Source: an uncultured Clostridia bacterium
Lineage (GTDB): Bacteria; Bacillota; Clostridia; Oscillospirales; Ruminococcaceae
Length of the DNA stretch: 49,421 bases
Reading direction: 5' to 3'
Assembly: GCA_945833805.1 (NCBI GenBank)
Contig: CAMAGG010000001.1
Span: 1-49,421, forward strand
Shown: positions 1 through 7,860 of the stretch, one piece after another
Position numbering within the stretch: position 1 is the first letter of the stretch
Layout: the number at the start of each line of letters is the position of its first letter
The notes under the pieces: model-generated
What the model saw: the letters and a program-made list of their open reading frames with translations, nothing else
The model's database searches: none
Told to the model about the DNA's origin: nothing
Made by a program: the position numbers and the translations under genes

Positions 1-193
1 TTGCATCAGACAAAGGTTCTCCCTCGTCTATTTCTGCGCAAACTGCCTCGCAGACGGTTTTCAGCGTCCTGTCGTCGATATCGGTGCAGAGCAACTCCAG
101 CCCGTCAGAAATCCTCATGCCTGAGCCAAGGATCATAGCAAGCTGTTCGCAAAGGAACTCCACCTGAGCATAGGTTAGCTTTTTCGTTCTCAT
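1..193 (-). CDS. Type II secretion system F / PilC-family inner-membrane platform protein, N-terminal fragment (runs off the window)
   Basis: Not in the ORF track. ATG at 193 with GGAGGA RBS upstream. Translates MRTKKLTYAQVEFLCEQLAMILGSGMRISDGLELL...EIDEGEPLSDA, matching the T2SSF pattern F..QLA.ll.SG..l...L...i..G..LS.A. Confidence 0.75.
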   Translation of the reverse strand, partial: MRTKKLTYAQVEFLCEQLAMILGSGMRISDGLELLCTDIDDRTLKTVCEAVCAEIDEGEPLSDA

Positions 194-216
194 CAGATCT
201 CCTCCAACTTAACGTG

Positions 217-1467
217 TCAGTAATAATACAGCGCGGAGTAGTTCCCGCTGTCAGAAATATATTGAGCGATCTTCTCCTTGTCGGAGGAGCCCGCATAGAA
301 TGTCGAATCCATAATATTGTAGCCATGCTTTGACAGCAGCAGCTCCGGCGTTATCCAACCGGTTTCATCGGTGTATACCTCGTTCCACGCGTGATAAATA
401 TTTTCAGCCGCATAGCCTACCACCAGCCGAGTCGGAATGTCCTGCGAGCGGGTCATTGCCGCCAGCAGCGAGGAATAGTCATAGCATATCCCGGATTTCT
501 TTTTCAGCACCTGATCCGGGTCAGGGACATATCCGCTCTGCACCGTTGCCGCAAGCTGCTTGTCGTAGGTCACATTGTCGGTGATCCACTGGAATATAGC
601 CGCCAGCTTTTCAATGGTATCGGTCTTTCCGGTGCAGATCTCCGCCGCCTTTTTCACCGCCGCCGACTCCGAGCTGAAATCCACATATTTGTTCGGATAC
701 AGAAACGGTGTTGTTTCACCGCTTATTTTCGCGGTAAATTCGATTTCCAGCGACTTTGAATAGCTGTTGCCCTCGGTCTGCTCATAGAGCTGCGCCTTAT
801 AGACGCCGCTGCCGCAGGACAGCGGGAAATATTCCGTTGTGCCCCCGCCGGAAACATCGTGATCATACACCTTGTCGCCGTATGTCAGCCGCAGCTTTAC
901 CATTTTCCCGGTGCCATTCCAGCGCACCGATATATATCCTTCGGAAACGTTGCTATAATCCAGCACTGCCTTGTCATTGGAAGCAACGTCAGTCCCCGGC
1001 GAAAGCGGCACACGCACCTCCGGAATGACTATGTTCACCGGCTCCGGCGGCGCAGTAGTTGCGACTGTTGTTGCAGAAGAGCTCTCCGATGTCACCTGAA
1101 CCGCAGATGAGTTCCCCGGATACTCCCCGCCGCTGTTCTCGCTGTCTGAGGACACGCCGCTCTGAGAGGTATCGCTTTCCGAAATATCCGGGCTGTCCGA
1201 CGCTTCCGAGCTTTCTTCCGGCTGACTGTCCTGACTTTTGCCGCTGCTCTCGTCAGGCTTTTGAGGTTTGCTGTCCGGCTCAACGCTCTCATGTACATTC
1301 GACGGGATATCTTCAGAGGAGTCAACTGAGCTTACCTCTGATGAAGAATGTACAGACTGCGTATCATTCGCCGGCGTTCCCGACGGTTTCTCCTGAACGG
1401 CGCAGCCGGTGATAAGCGCCAGAGCTAATACTGCCGCCCAGTATCTGATGATCATACGCTTATCCAC
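217..1467 (-). CDS. Transglutaminase-like domain lipoprotein with Ser/Pro/Asp-rich linker
   Basis: Lipobox LITG-C. Low-complexity linker at about aa 25-140. TGase core motifs GICYDY (Cys), IPTRLVVGY, YHAWNEVY (His), MDST (Asp). Confidence 0.85.
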   Translation of the reverse strand: MDKRMIIRYWAAVLALALITGCAVQEKPSGTPANDTQSVHSSSEVSSVDSSEDIPSNVHESVEPDSKPQKPDESSGKSQDSQPEESSEASDSPDISESDTSQSGVSSDSENSGGEYPGNSSAVQVTSESSSATTVATTAPPEPVNIVIPEVRVPLSPGTDVASNDKAVLDYSNVSEGYISVRWNGTGKMVKLRLTYGDKVYDHDVSGGGTTEYFPLSCGSGVYKAQLYEQTEGNSYSKSLEIEFTAKISGETTPFLYPNKYVDFSSESAAVKKAAEICTGKTDTIEKLAAIFQWITDNVTYDKQLAATVQSGYVPDPDQVLKKKSGICYDYSSLLAAMTRSQDIPTRLVVGYAAENIYHAWNEVYTDETGWITPELLLSKHGYNIMDSTFYAGSSDKEKIAQYISDSGNYSALYYY

Positions 1468-1500
1468 ACAGCCCGCCCCCTTTAAAATCTTATCTCTTTA

Positions 1501-4500
1501 TCATCTGCTCAACCGCAGATTTCTCAGCAGCATATAATTGTCATCGACCGTGCTGAAAACCCTCCTGCTGCTGCCCGAAAGGATCTCGTTGATGTATTCC
1601 CCGGTCTGACGGTAAAATTCGTCCTCATAATGCACGATATGAGCGCCGCCCAGCGGAAAGCTGTCCGAGGAATAGAAATGCTTGGAGATGTCGATAACAT
1701 AACACCCGGTGACGCTCGCAAAACGCTCCTCACACAGGGAAATGAACTTCTTCTTTATCTCAAACATACCGTCGTCCTCCAGCGGCTCCAGCCGGTAGTC
1801 GAGATCAATATACATATTTTTTGGCTCTGTCTTGATGAGGATTATATGCTCGCCGTACTTTTCCGATATCATTTCCGCAAATCTTGTCATGGTTTCAAAG
1901 CAGTATTTCATATCCCGCTTCTCAAACAGATAGCATTCGGTGCATTCCTTCCGGATAGACTTATAGAAATCCGTCCGGCAGATAAAATCGTCTATCTCAA
2001 ACAACGCGCCGCGATACTCCGCCATGCGGCTGATAAGATCGTAAAAATCCAGCAGTATCCACCTTGAGTCGCTGCCCTTTATATCCGCGTCACCGCTTCT
2101 CATGAACGAATCCCGCATCGTTCTGCGCCGCCACTTATTCCCGCAGAATGCCTCCGCACCCTCCGGGAATTCCGCCTCCACCGGCGGCTCAAAGGCGAGT
2201 ATCGGCGACTGCTTGAAGATATATGTACCAATATAAGCGTCATTGCTGCGATTCGCAGACTCTCTTGAAACGCAGCTCCCCCAGATGTCCAGAGTCATTC
2301 TGTTGAGTGCAGTGATATACCGCTTCATCTGAGACTTTCCGCGAAGCAGGAACGCAAGCTCCGCGCTGTCCTCGTTCACCGAAGCGCCGATCTCGATAGA
2401 CAGCAGTCTGACCATTTTTCTGACAATGTTGTAATGTCCCCGGAACGCCGGAGCAAAGAAATCATACGACCTGTCAATATGTCCGTTCAGCAGCGCATGA
2501 ATTATGTCCGCCGCCTGAATTATCTCCTCCGCGCCGCTGTCCCCGGCGAAGAAATCCCTGACGAAGGTCAGCTCAGACTTCCCCGCGCGTTTCAGCCTCA
2601 GCAGCCGCTCGCTGTTCCGCGCCGCAAATTCTGCCGAGGTATAGGCTATGATCTGGTCGGCTGCGCAGTCCATATCCAGCAGCCAGCTCTGGTAAGCCCT
2701 TGCGGTCATGTTGGCGTAGTATTTCATCACCCGCTCGAACCAGATACGATCGTCGGGCATAGAAATGTAAGTCCTGCCGCTGCCGGAGGTCAGCTTTTCA
2801 GCCGCACGATACGCGTCAATGTAATATGCGTCCTCAAAGCCCGCCGCAGACGGACGCCCGGCGGAATCCTTTACAAAATAATGCCCGGACAGATCAACTA
2901 TCAGCGGCTTCACCAGAGAAATGAAATATTCCTCCATAGCCTTAATAAGCTTGTTCACACTGTTCAGCGGCTGACAGTTTCTCAGCTCCCTGTCCTTTAC
3001 GACCCGGCTGCCGAACTGATACCGGAACAGGATAATGCGTTCCGGCGGCATGACAGACAGAAGCTGCTCCGCGTAGCTTCTGATCACCGGCTTCCACACC
3101 GATTCGCCAAAGGGCGGATTGATCTTTGTGAATTTCTCCTTGTTGTTCTTGTAAAAATCAGATCTCTTGAAGGTCTTTGACCCGGTGAAGAAGCAGGGCG
3201 CTTCCCCGATCTCTCCCTCCAGCTTATAGCACGCGACAGAAGCCGCCGCAAAGAAATCCACCGCGCAGTAATCCGGCGCGGATCCCGCCACCGCCGCCGC
3301 TATGTCCTTTTCAACATCCAGTCTGAGCCGTTCGTCCTCGATACCCTCAGCGGATATCTTTTTGGAGCAGCCGAGGGAGATCTGCGACAGCAGCAGCGCA
3401 GTGCGGTCTGTCCTGAATCCTCTGCCGGAGCTGAATATCCTGTTCAGCAGCACCGACCCGCTGAGAAACACCTTCGGACGATAGAAGAAATGGCTTATCC
3501 CCTCGCCGAGAACTGACTTTGTGCGCTCAAAGGACGCGCAGCTTTCCTCGCTGTACGGCGGGAATACCCTGACGATCTCTCCTCCCCATTCTCTGTCCTC
3601 AGTCATGCAGGGGATATAGGATACCCTCGTTTCAATACCGCTGCCAGTCCTACGCAGTTCCGCACGAAGAATAACCCCGTCGCGGTTGCCGTCCATTTCC
3701 GACATTGTGGTAAGAAAATTGCCGAGGGAATAGGCACAGGGAACTCTCCTGCCGTCAGCGGATCTGATATATCCGAACCTCTGAACCATGTGAGGGTGCG
3801 AGCCGATGATTATATCCGCCCCAGCGTCCGCCATAAACTGAGCCTCCTGAACCTGAGATCTTCTCACCCGTGAGGAATTCATGCAGCCCCAGTGCTGGAA
3901 CGCAGCGATATATTCAGCGCCCATGCTTTTCGCGCTGTTTACAAGCTCTGTAAAATACTCCCGGCTGTATGTTCCCGCAGGATTTACGCAAACGGTATCA
4001 TTGTCCCCGGAAAGGCTGCCCTCGGTTTTGTTTGATATCATAGTGCAGGCGATCACCGCGATCTTCATGCCCTTTACGTCCATGATCACCGGATTATCGC
4101 CAAACGTGCCGACATTTCTCATGCCGCAGCGCCGTATTTCAGAAACAGTAGCTTTAAGCCCCTCTGCACCGCCGTCGCAGTTGTGGTTGTTCGCAGTTAT
4201 CAGCGCGTCAAATCCCGCATAAGCCGCCGCCGAAACAAAGCTTGACGGTGAATTGCAGTTGGGAGAGCCTCCGGCAAGCCGCAGCTGCTCATGCTCATAG
4301 GGCGCGCCGTCAAAGCAGATAGTTTCCAGCACACCCGCGGCAAGATCCGCCCCGGACAGGATATCCCTTACCTGCCTGAATGTTTCATGAAAATCATAAA
4401 AATGCTGCGCCGCCGCCCGCTGATGTTTTACCGCGCACATCAGGTCGCCGGTGAACATCAGCACTGCTTTTTCCTCGCAGCAGGGCAGGCTTCTTTCCAC

Positions 4501-5007
4501 CTCAACACGGGAAATAAAGCGCTGATCTCCGGAGGTAATGGTTATCGCAGCGGAGCCTTTCGACCGGGCAGTTACCATTCCCTTATCGTCTACCGTCGCA
4601 ACAGCGGTGTTGTCTGATGAAAAAGCCGCCTTCGGTACTTCATTGGCAAGCTCCCAGACAAGCTGCTCTGTTTCCCCGCATTTAAGACACAGCGTATTCT
4701 GCGCCTTTAGCTTCATGGAGATAGGCACAAACGACAGCTTTTCCGTCCGCTCTCCGAGTATTTCCTTTCCGTCCTTGCTGCGGAAGGCGCAAACCTGAGC
4801 CAGATACTCCTCGCCATTTCTGAAGCCGAGAATGCCCTTTGAGCAATTCTGTGCATACCGCGTTTTTATGACATTTTCCGGCTCTTCCGCCCGGTAAAAA
4901 AAGATACGATAGCCCTCCGCGCCGCTGACAGCATTCCATTTGAGAGAAGCGCAGCCGTCCTTTCCCGTAACTGTAAATTCCTTCGGAGCTTTAAGTACCT
5001 CTGTCAT
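1501..5007 (-). CDS. Multidomain CapA (PGA_cap) family protein: FN3-like + Ig-like (Big_2) + CapA metallophosphatase-fold + two DUF6270-like domains
   Basis: LKWNAVSGAEGY (FN3); FSSDNTAVATVDDKGMVTA (Big_2); GDLM, ANNH, HWG, GSHPH, YSLGNF (CapA); IWGSCVSR, LLDFYD, HIVHY (DUF6270-like). A degenerate second copy shows LSGSVLL and AVDFF. Confidence 0.8.
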   Translation of the reverse strand: MTEVLKAPKEFTVTGKDGCASLKWNAVSGAEGYRIFFYRAEEPENVIKTRYAQNCSKGILGFRNGEEYLAQVCAFRSKDGKEILGERTEKLSFVPISMKLKAQNTLCLKCGETEQLVWELANEVPKAAFSSDNTAVATVDDKGMVTARSKGSAAITITSGDQRFISRVEVERSLPCCEEKAVLMFTGDLMCAVKHQRAAAQHFYDFHETFRQVRDILSGADLAAGVLETICFDGAPYEHEQLRLAGGSPNCNSPSSFVSAAAYAGFDALITANNHNCDGGAEGLKATVSEIRRCGMRNVGTFGDNPVIMDVKGMKIAVIACTMISNKTEGSLSGDNDTVCVNPAGTYSREYFTELVNSAKSMGAEYIAAFQHWGCMNSSRVRRSQVQEAQFMADAGADIIIGSHPHMVQRFGYIRSADGRRVPCAYSLGNFLTTMSEMDGNRDGVILRAELRRTGSGIETRVSYIPCMTEDREWGGEIVRVFPPYSEESCASFERTKSVLGEGISHFFYRPKVFLSGSVLLNRIFSSGRGFRTDRTALLLSQISLGCSKKISAEGIEDERLRLDVEKDIAAAVAGSAPDYCAVDFFAAASVACYKLEGEIGEAPCFFTGSKTFKRSDFYKNNKEKFTKINPPFGESVWKPVIRSYAEQLLSVMPPERIILFRYQFGSRVVKDRELRNCQPLNSVNKLIKAMEEYFISLVKPLIVDLSGHYFVKDSAGRPSAAGFEDAYYIDAYRAAEKLTSGSGRTYISMPDDRIWFERVMKYYANMTARAYQSWLLDMDCAADQIIAYTSAEFAARNSERLLRLKRAGKSELTFVRDFFAGDSGAEEIIQAADIIHALLNGHIDRSYDFFAPAFRGHYNIVRKMVRLLSIEIGASVNEDSAELAFLLRGKSQMKRYITALNRMTLDIWGSCVSRESANRSNDAYIGTYIFKQSPILAFEPPVEAEFPEGAEAFCGNKWRRRTMRDSFMRSGDADIKGSDSRWILLDFYDLISRMAEYRGALFEIDDFICRTDFYKSIRKECTECYLFEKRDMKYCFETMTRFAEMISEKYGEHIILIKTEPKNMYIDLDYRLEPLEDDGMFEIKKKFISLCEERFASVTGCYVIDISKHFYSSDSFPLGGAHIVHYEDEFYRQTGEYINEILSGSSRRVFSTVDDNYMLLRNLRLSR

Positions 5008-5020
5008 CTGCCATAACCTC

Positions 5021-6724
5021 TCAGTCTGCCTTTATGAAGGATTTTCTCAGCGAATCCAGCCTGCCGTAATTTCTGTAAAAAGAATAATAAGCGCCGCAGA
5101 AATGCTGGATATCGTCAATCCTTATCCTGTAACCGTCATGCCGCACAAAGAAAGCTCCCAGAGCGACATTCGGGTATTTGAAGTACATTACATATTCCGG
5201 ATAACCATAGCCGTTGAGCATATACTCTGCCCTGTGGAAAATAGTTTCAACAAACCTCTCCGTCCGGAATTCCTCCATATACGAGCAGGAAATCCCCTGT
5301 TCCCTGATTCGTAAGAAAAGCTCGAACGTCACGCACAGCAGTTCAAGATAAGTGTGATATGTAGTGTCCTGATTAAAAATCCTATCCAGATTTACATTTG
5401 CGTTTTTCAGTCCGAAGCTGAGGTATTTGTCCTCCGGGAGATACTTCGTAAGCTCGTTCATCGCGTAAGCTATCCAGTGGTCGCGGTATTTCTCATACCC
5501 CTCCCGGATAAATCTGTCCGCCGCCATAGCCGCTGCGTCAAGCCACTTCTGGTCTTTTGTAAGTCCATACAGCCGACACAGCGCAAATGTCGCTTCTCCG
5601 TCATAATATACCGTGCGGAATTTGTCCTTCGGCGACAGATTGGGGTAATTCAGCACATGGAAATAGCTTCCGTCCCGCTTGTCAAACAGCTCCATTATGC
5701 CGTTTCCAAGCTCCCGGCAGAGCTTTATATATCTGTCAGAGCCGGTGGCGTCCATGTACTCCGTCAGCATAATTACCGCCAGTGCGTTTCCACCAAGCTT
5801 GACCTCGTTCAGTACCTTGTCCGCAAGGAAAACGGTGTTGTCCTGCCCCGCCCTGTCCGGGTATTTCTTGAAGGTATCCGCCACCATAAACCCGACAGCC
5901 TTGTTTATCTGGTTGAGGGTGAATTTATCCCCGGTAATGCGGTAAGCGCAGATAAGGCTCCATATTGAGGAAGCGTGACGCTGAATGTTATATCCGGGGA
6001 TCTCCTTGTGGAATATCGGGTAATAGCCGTAGTCGAACTTTCCGTTGAGCGCGACCTGCATCGAAAGGTACTCTGAAGATGTGGAAATGACCTCCAGAGC
6101 AAGCTTGTCGTCCATTCCGGAGATCACCCTGCGCCCGAAAATGTTCCTGTCCGCTTCTCCGCTGCCGTAAAGCGTGAAAACCGCATTGTTATCGTCGCAG
6201 AAACGGCTCTCGCAGTCAAACAGTACGACATTCTCCGGGAACTCTGTCAGAGAATTCAGCCCGCACCGGGCAAGGTATTTGTTCACACGGTTCAATTCGA
6301 TCTGATGCTGCTTGTATGTAATGATCCGGTTTCCGTTGATCTCGGCTTCTATGAGCGCAGTGTGTAGCTTCCCATCAAAGGAAATTCCCCGCCGGAAAAA
6401 CTCATTGCGGCTGTTCGCGACCATATCCATTAGCTGCGCGAATGGCACCTGTTCAAAATTTGCGGTGATATCCACCTTTACCCATACCGGGATCAGTTCA
6501 TGCCGCTGAACATACCTAATTGCGGTGGCGCAGGCGCTCTCCCAAGCCGTTTCTGGAGTATCGCCGGCACCACGCAGCACCACTGCGCGTTCGGTGGTAT
6601 TGCACACCGAAACAAACGCGGCATAGCCAAATCCGGACTTCCCATCTGCTGCGACAAAGAAATCCCGGTAGCTGTCCCGCAGCAGCTTCAGCTTTTCGTT
6701 CAGTCTGTTGGAAAAATCAGCCAT
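5021..6724 (-). CDS. Uncharacterised protein with C-terminal (alpha/alpha)6-barrel-like domain (family often loosely annotated as poly(glycerol-phosphate) alpha-glucosyltransferase)
   Basis: Start set at ATG 6724 after GGGGAGGT RBS (track extends to 6745). Motifs YNIQRHAS, KLGGNA, YYDGEA, DHW, GAFFVRHDGYRIRIDDIQH. Confidence 0.65.
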   Translation of the reverse strand: MADFSNRLNEKLKLLRDSYRDFFVAADGKSGFGYAAFVSVCNTTERAVVLRGAGDTPETAWESACATAIRYVQRHELIPVWVKVDITANFEQVPFAQLMDMVANSRNEFFRRGISFDGKLHTALIEAEINGNRIITYKQHQIELNRVNKYLARCGLNSLTEFPENVVLFDCESRFCDDNNAVFTLYGSGEADRNIFGRRVISGMDDKLALEVISTSSEYLSMQVALNGKFDYGYYPIFHKEIPGYNIQRHASSIWSLICAYRITGDKFTLNQINKAVGFMVADTFKKYPDRAGQDNTVFLADKVLNEVKLGGNALAVIMLTEYMDATGSDRYIKLCRELGNGIMELFDKRDGSYFHVLNYPNLSPKDKFRTVYYDGEATFALCRLYGLTKDQKWLDAAAMAADRFIREGYEKYRDHWIAYAMNELTKYLPEDKYLSFGLKNANVNLDRIFNQDTTYHTYLELLCVTFELFLRIREQGISCSYMEEFRTERFVETIFHRAEYMLNGYGYPEYVMYFKYPNVALGAFFVRHDGYRIRIDDIQHFCGAYYSFYRNYGRLDSLRKSFIKAD

Positions 6725-6770
6725 AGCGACCTCCCCCGGCAGCAAGCCAAAATCATTGATCTTTGCTTAC

Positions 6771-6799
6771 ATTATAGCATATTTTGCCGTACTTGTAAA
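6771..6799 (-). promoter_or_regulatory. SigA-type promoter for the barrel/CapA operon
   Basis: Minus strand TTTACA-N17-TATAAT with TGn extended -10. Confidence 0.65.
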
Positions 6800-6812
6800 G
6801 GGCGGGACTATA

Positions 6813-6950
6813 TCAGATATCAATAATATCCTCGTCCTTGCCTTCACCCTTGACCTGCTTTACCAGCTTCTCAGCGGATCTCACACCGATGATGACTGCC
6901 GCCAATATCGCCGCGCTGGAAATAAGCCTGAGTATTTCCTTTGCCAACAT
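6813..6950 (-). CDS. 45-aa single-TM small protein (not in ORF track)
   Basis: GGAGGTG RBS just upstream of ATG 6950. Sequence MLAKEILRLISSAAILAAVIIGVRSAEKLVKQVKGEGKDEDIIDI*. ATG directly follows the stop of the upstream ORF. Confidence 0.65.
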   Translation of the reverse strand: MLAKEILRLISSAAILAAVIIGVRSAEKLVKQVKGEGKDEDIIDI

Positions 6951-7358
6951 TCACACCTCCGCTTGCACATTCTGTCCGGAACATTTCATTGAGTATTGAT
7001 TTGCATTCTTTATCAGTACTATATCGCCTTTTCCGATCTGTTCCTTTGAAATCCCCCGAAGTCCCAATCCGATATGCTCTGTCCTGTATGCGCAGCCGTT
7101 AGGCTTACGTTCCTTTGTATGAACATCAATTGTCGTGATAACTGTTTCAAGGTCACTGCCGCTTGCTTTTACTATTGCGGCTTCTCCCTCCCTGCACATT
7201 CCGGACAACACCGTACCAGTAACCACGGTTCCAACTCCCATAATAGTATACACGTCGTCAATGAGCATTTCAAAGTTCTGTGTTAAACATTCCCCGACAT
7301 TGATACTGCTAATATATTCTATTTCACGTTCCTTTTTTCCTTTTCCCCAAAAAACCAT
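6951..7358 (-). CDS. Stand-alone EF-Tu domain II-like beta-barrel protein
   Basis: FEMLIDDVYTIMGVGTVVTGTVLSG...IGLGLRGISKEQIGKGDIV parallels EF-Tu domain 2 (F.mpieDVFsI.GRGTVvTGrve.G...vG.LLRG.....i.RG.v). No GTPase domain. GGAGG RBS present. Confidence 0.75.
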   Translation of the reverse strand: MVFWGKGKKEREIEYISSINVGECLTQNFEMLIDDVYTIMGVGTVVTGTVLSGMCREGEAAIVKASGSDLETVITTIDVHTKERKPNGCAYRTEHIGLGLRGISKEQIGKGDIVLIKNANQYSMKCSGQNVQAEV

Positions 7359-7402
7359 GCAGCTATCCTCCGTTTATTCCTATATATTTTTCCACCAGAA
7401 AA

Positions 7403-7717
7403 TCACAATCCGTTCCACAAAAACATATCCAGATCCACCGTTCCGTCCTCGGAAACCTCTATCCCCTCAGCCCGGAGCAGTTCCGCCTGTCGCTCCTCGC
7501 CCCCGAAAGCAAACGCCGGAGCAACTCTTCCGAACCGATTTACCACCCGATAGCAGGGTATCCCCTCCGGGTCTGGATTTGCATGGAGCGCGTAGCCCAC
7601 AGCCCTCGCCCACCGGGGATTTCCCGCGATCATAGCCACCTGTCCGTAGGTCGCCACCTTGCCATAGGGAATTCTCCTCACCACATCGTAGATACGTTCA
7701 AATACAGATTTCTCCAT
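7403..7717 (-). CDS. MGMT family (O6-alkylguanine DNA alkyltransferase, C-terminal domain only)
   Basis: IPYGKVATYGQVA, ARAVG, IPCYRVVN (variant of PCHR). Confidence 0.85.
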   Translation of the reverse strand: MEKSVFERIYDVVRRIPYGKVATYGQVAMIAGNPRWARAVGYALHANPDPEGIPCYRVVNRFGRVAPAFAFGGEERQAELLRAEGIEVSEDGTVDLDMFLWNGL

Positions 7718-7732
7718 AGTCCCTCCGGGTAC

Positions 7733-7763
7733 AGAAAACGGCAGACATACGCTGCCTGCCGTT
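7733..7763 (-). terminator. Rho-independent terminator of clpX
   Basis: Minus strand AACGGCAGGCA-gcgta-TGTCTGCCGTT followed by TTCT. Confidence 0.65.
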
Positions 7764-7771
7764 ATGATTAG

Positions 7772-7860
7772 GGAGACGCTGATTAAAACAAAATCGCCCC
7801 GTTCAAACGCGCATACTCACGCGGCTGATTTTGTTACGCTTCGCTTTAATCAGCTTATCC
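7772..7860. mobile_element. MITE family A, copy 1 (89 bp)
   Basis: 16-bp TIRs GGAGACGCTGATTAAA / GGATAAGCTGATTAAA (14/16). TTAG direct repeat at 7768-7771 and 7861-7864. Identical to 17890-17978. Confidence 0.85.

Noticed and set aside
4991-5014. Seven-codon ORF (MADDRGT) overlapping the CapA gene start
   Set aside because: Too short to support, with no attenuator structure. It could hint at start ambiguity or a frameshift but cannot be judged here.
7753-7766. 14-mer TGCCTGCCGTTATG shared between the clpX terminator and MITE C (48664-48677)
   Set aside because: A few 14-mer matches are expected by chance in 49 kb, and the flanks do not extend the alignment.
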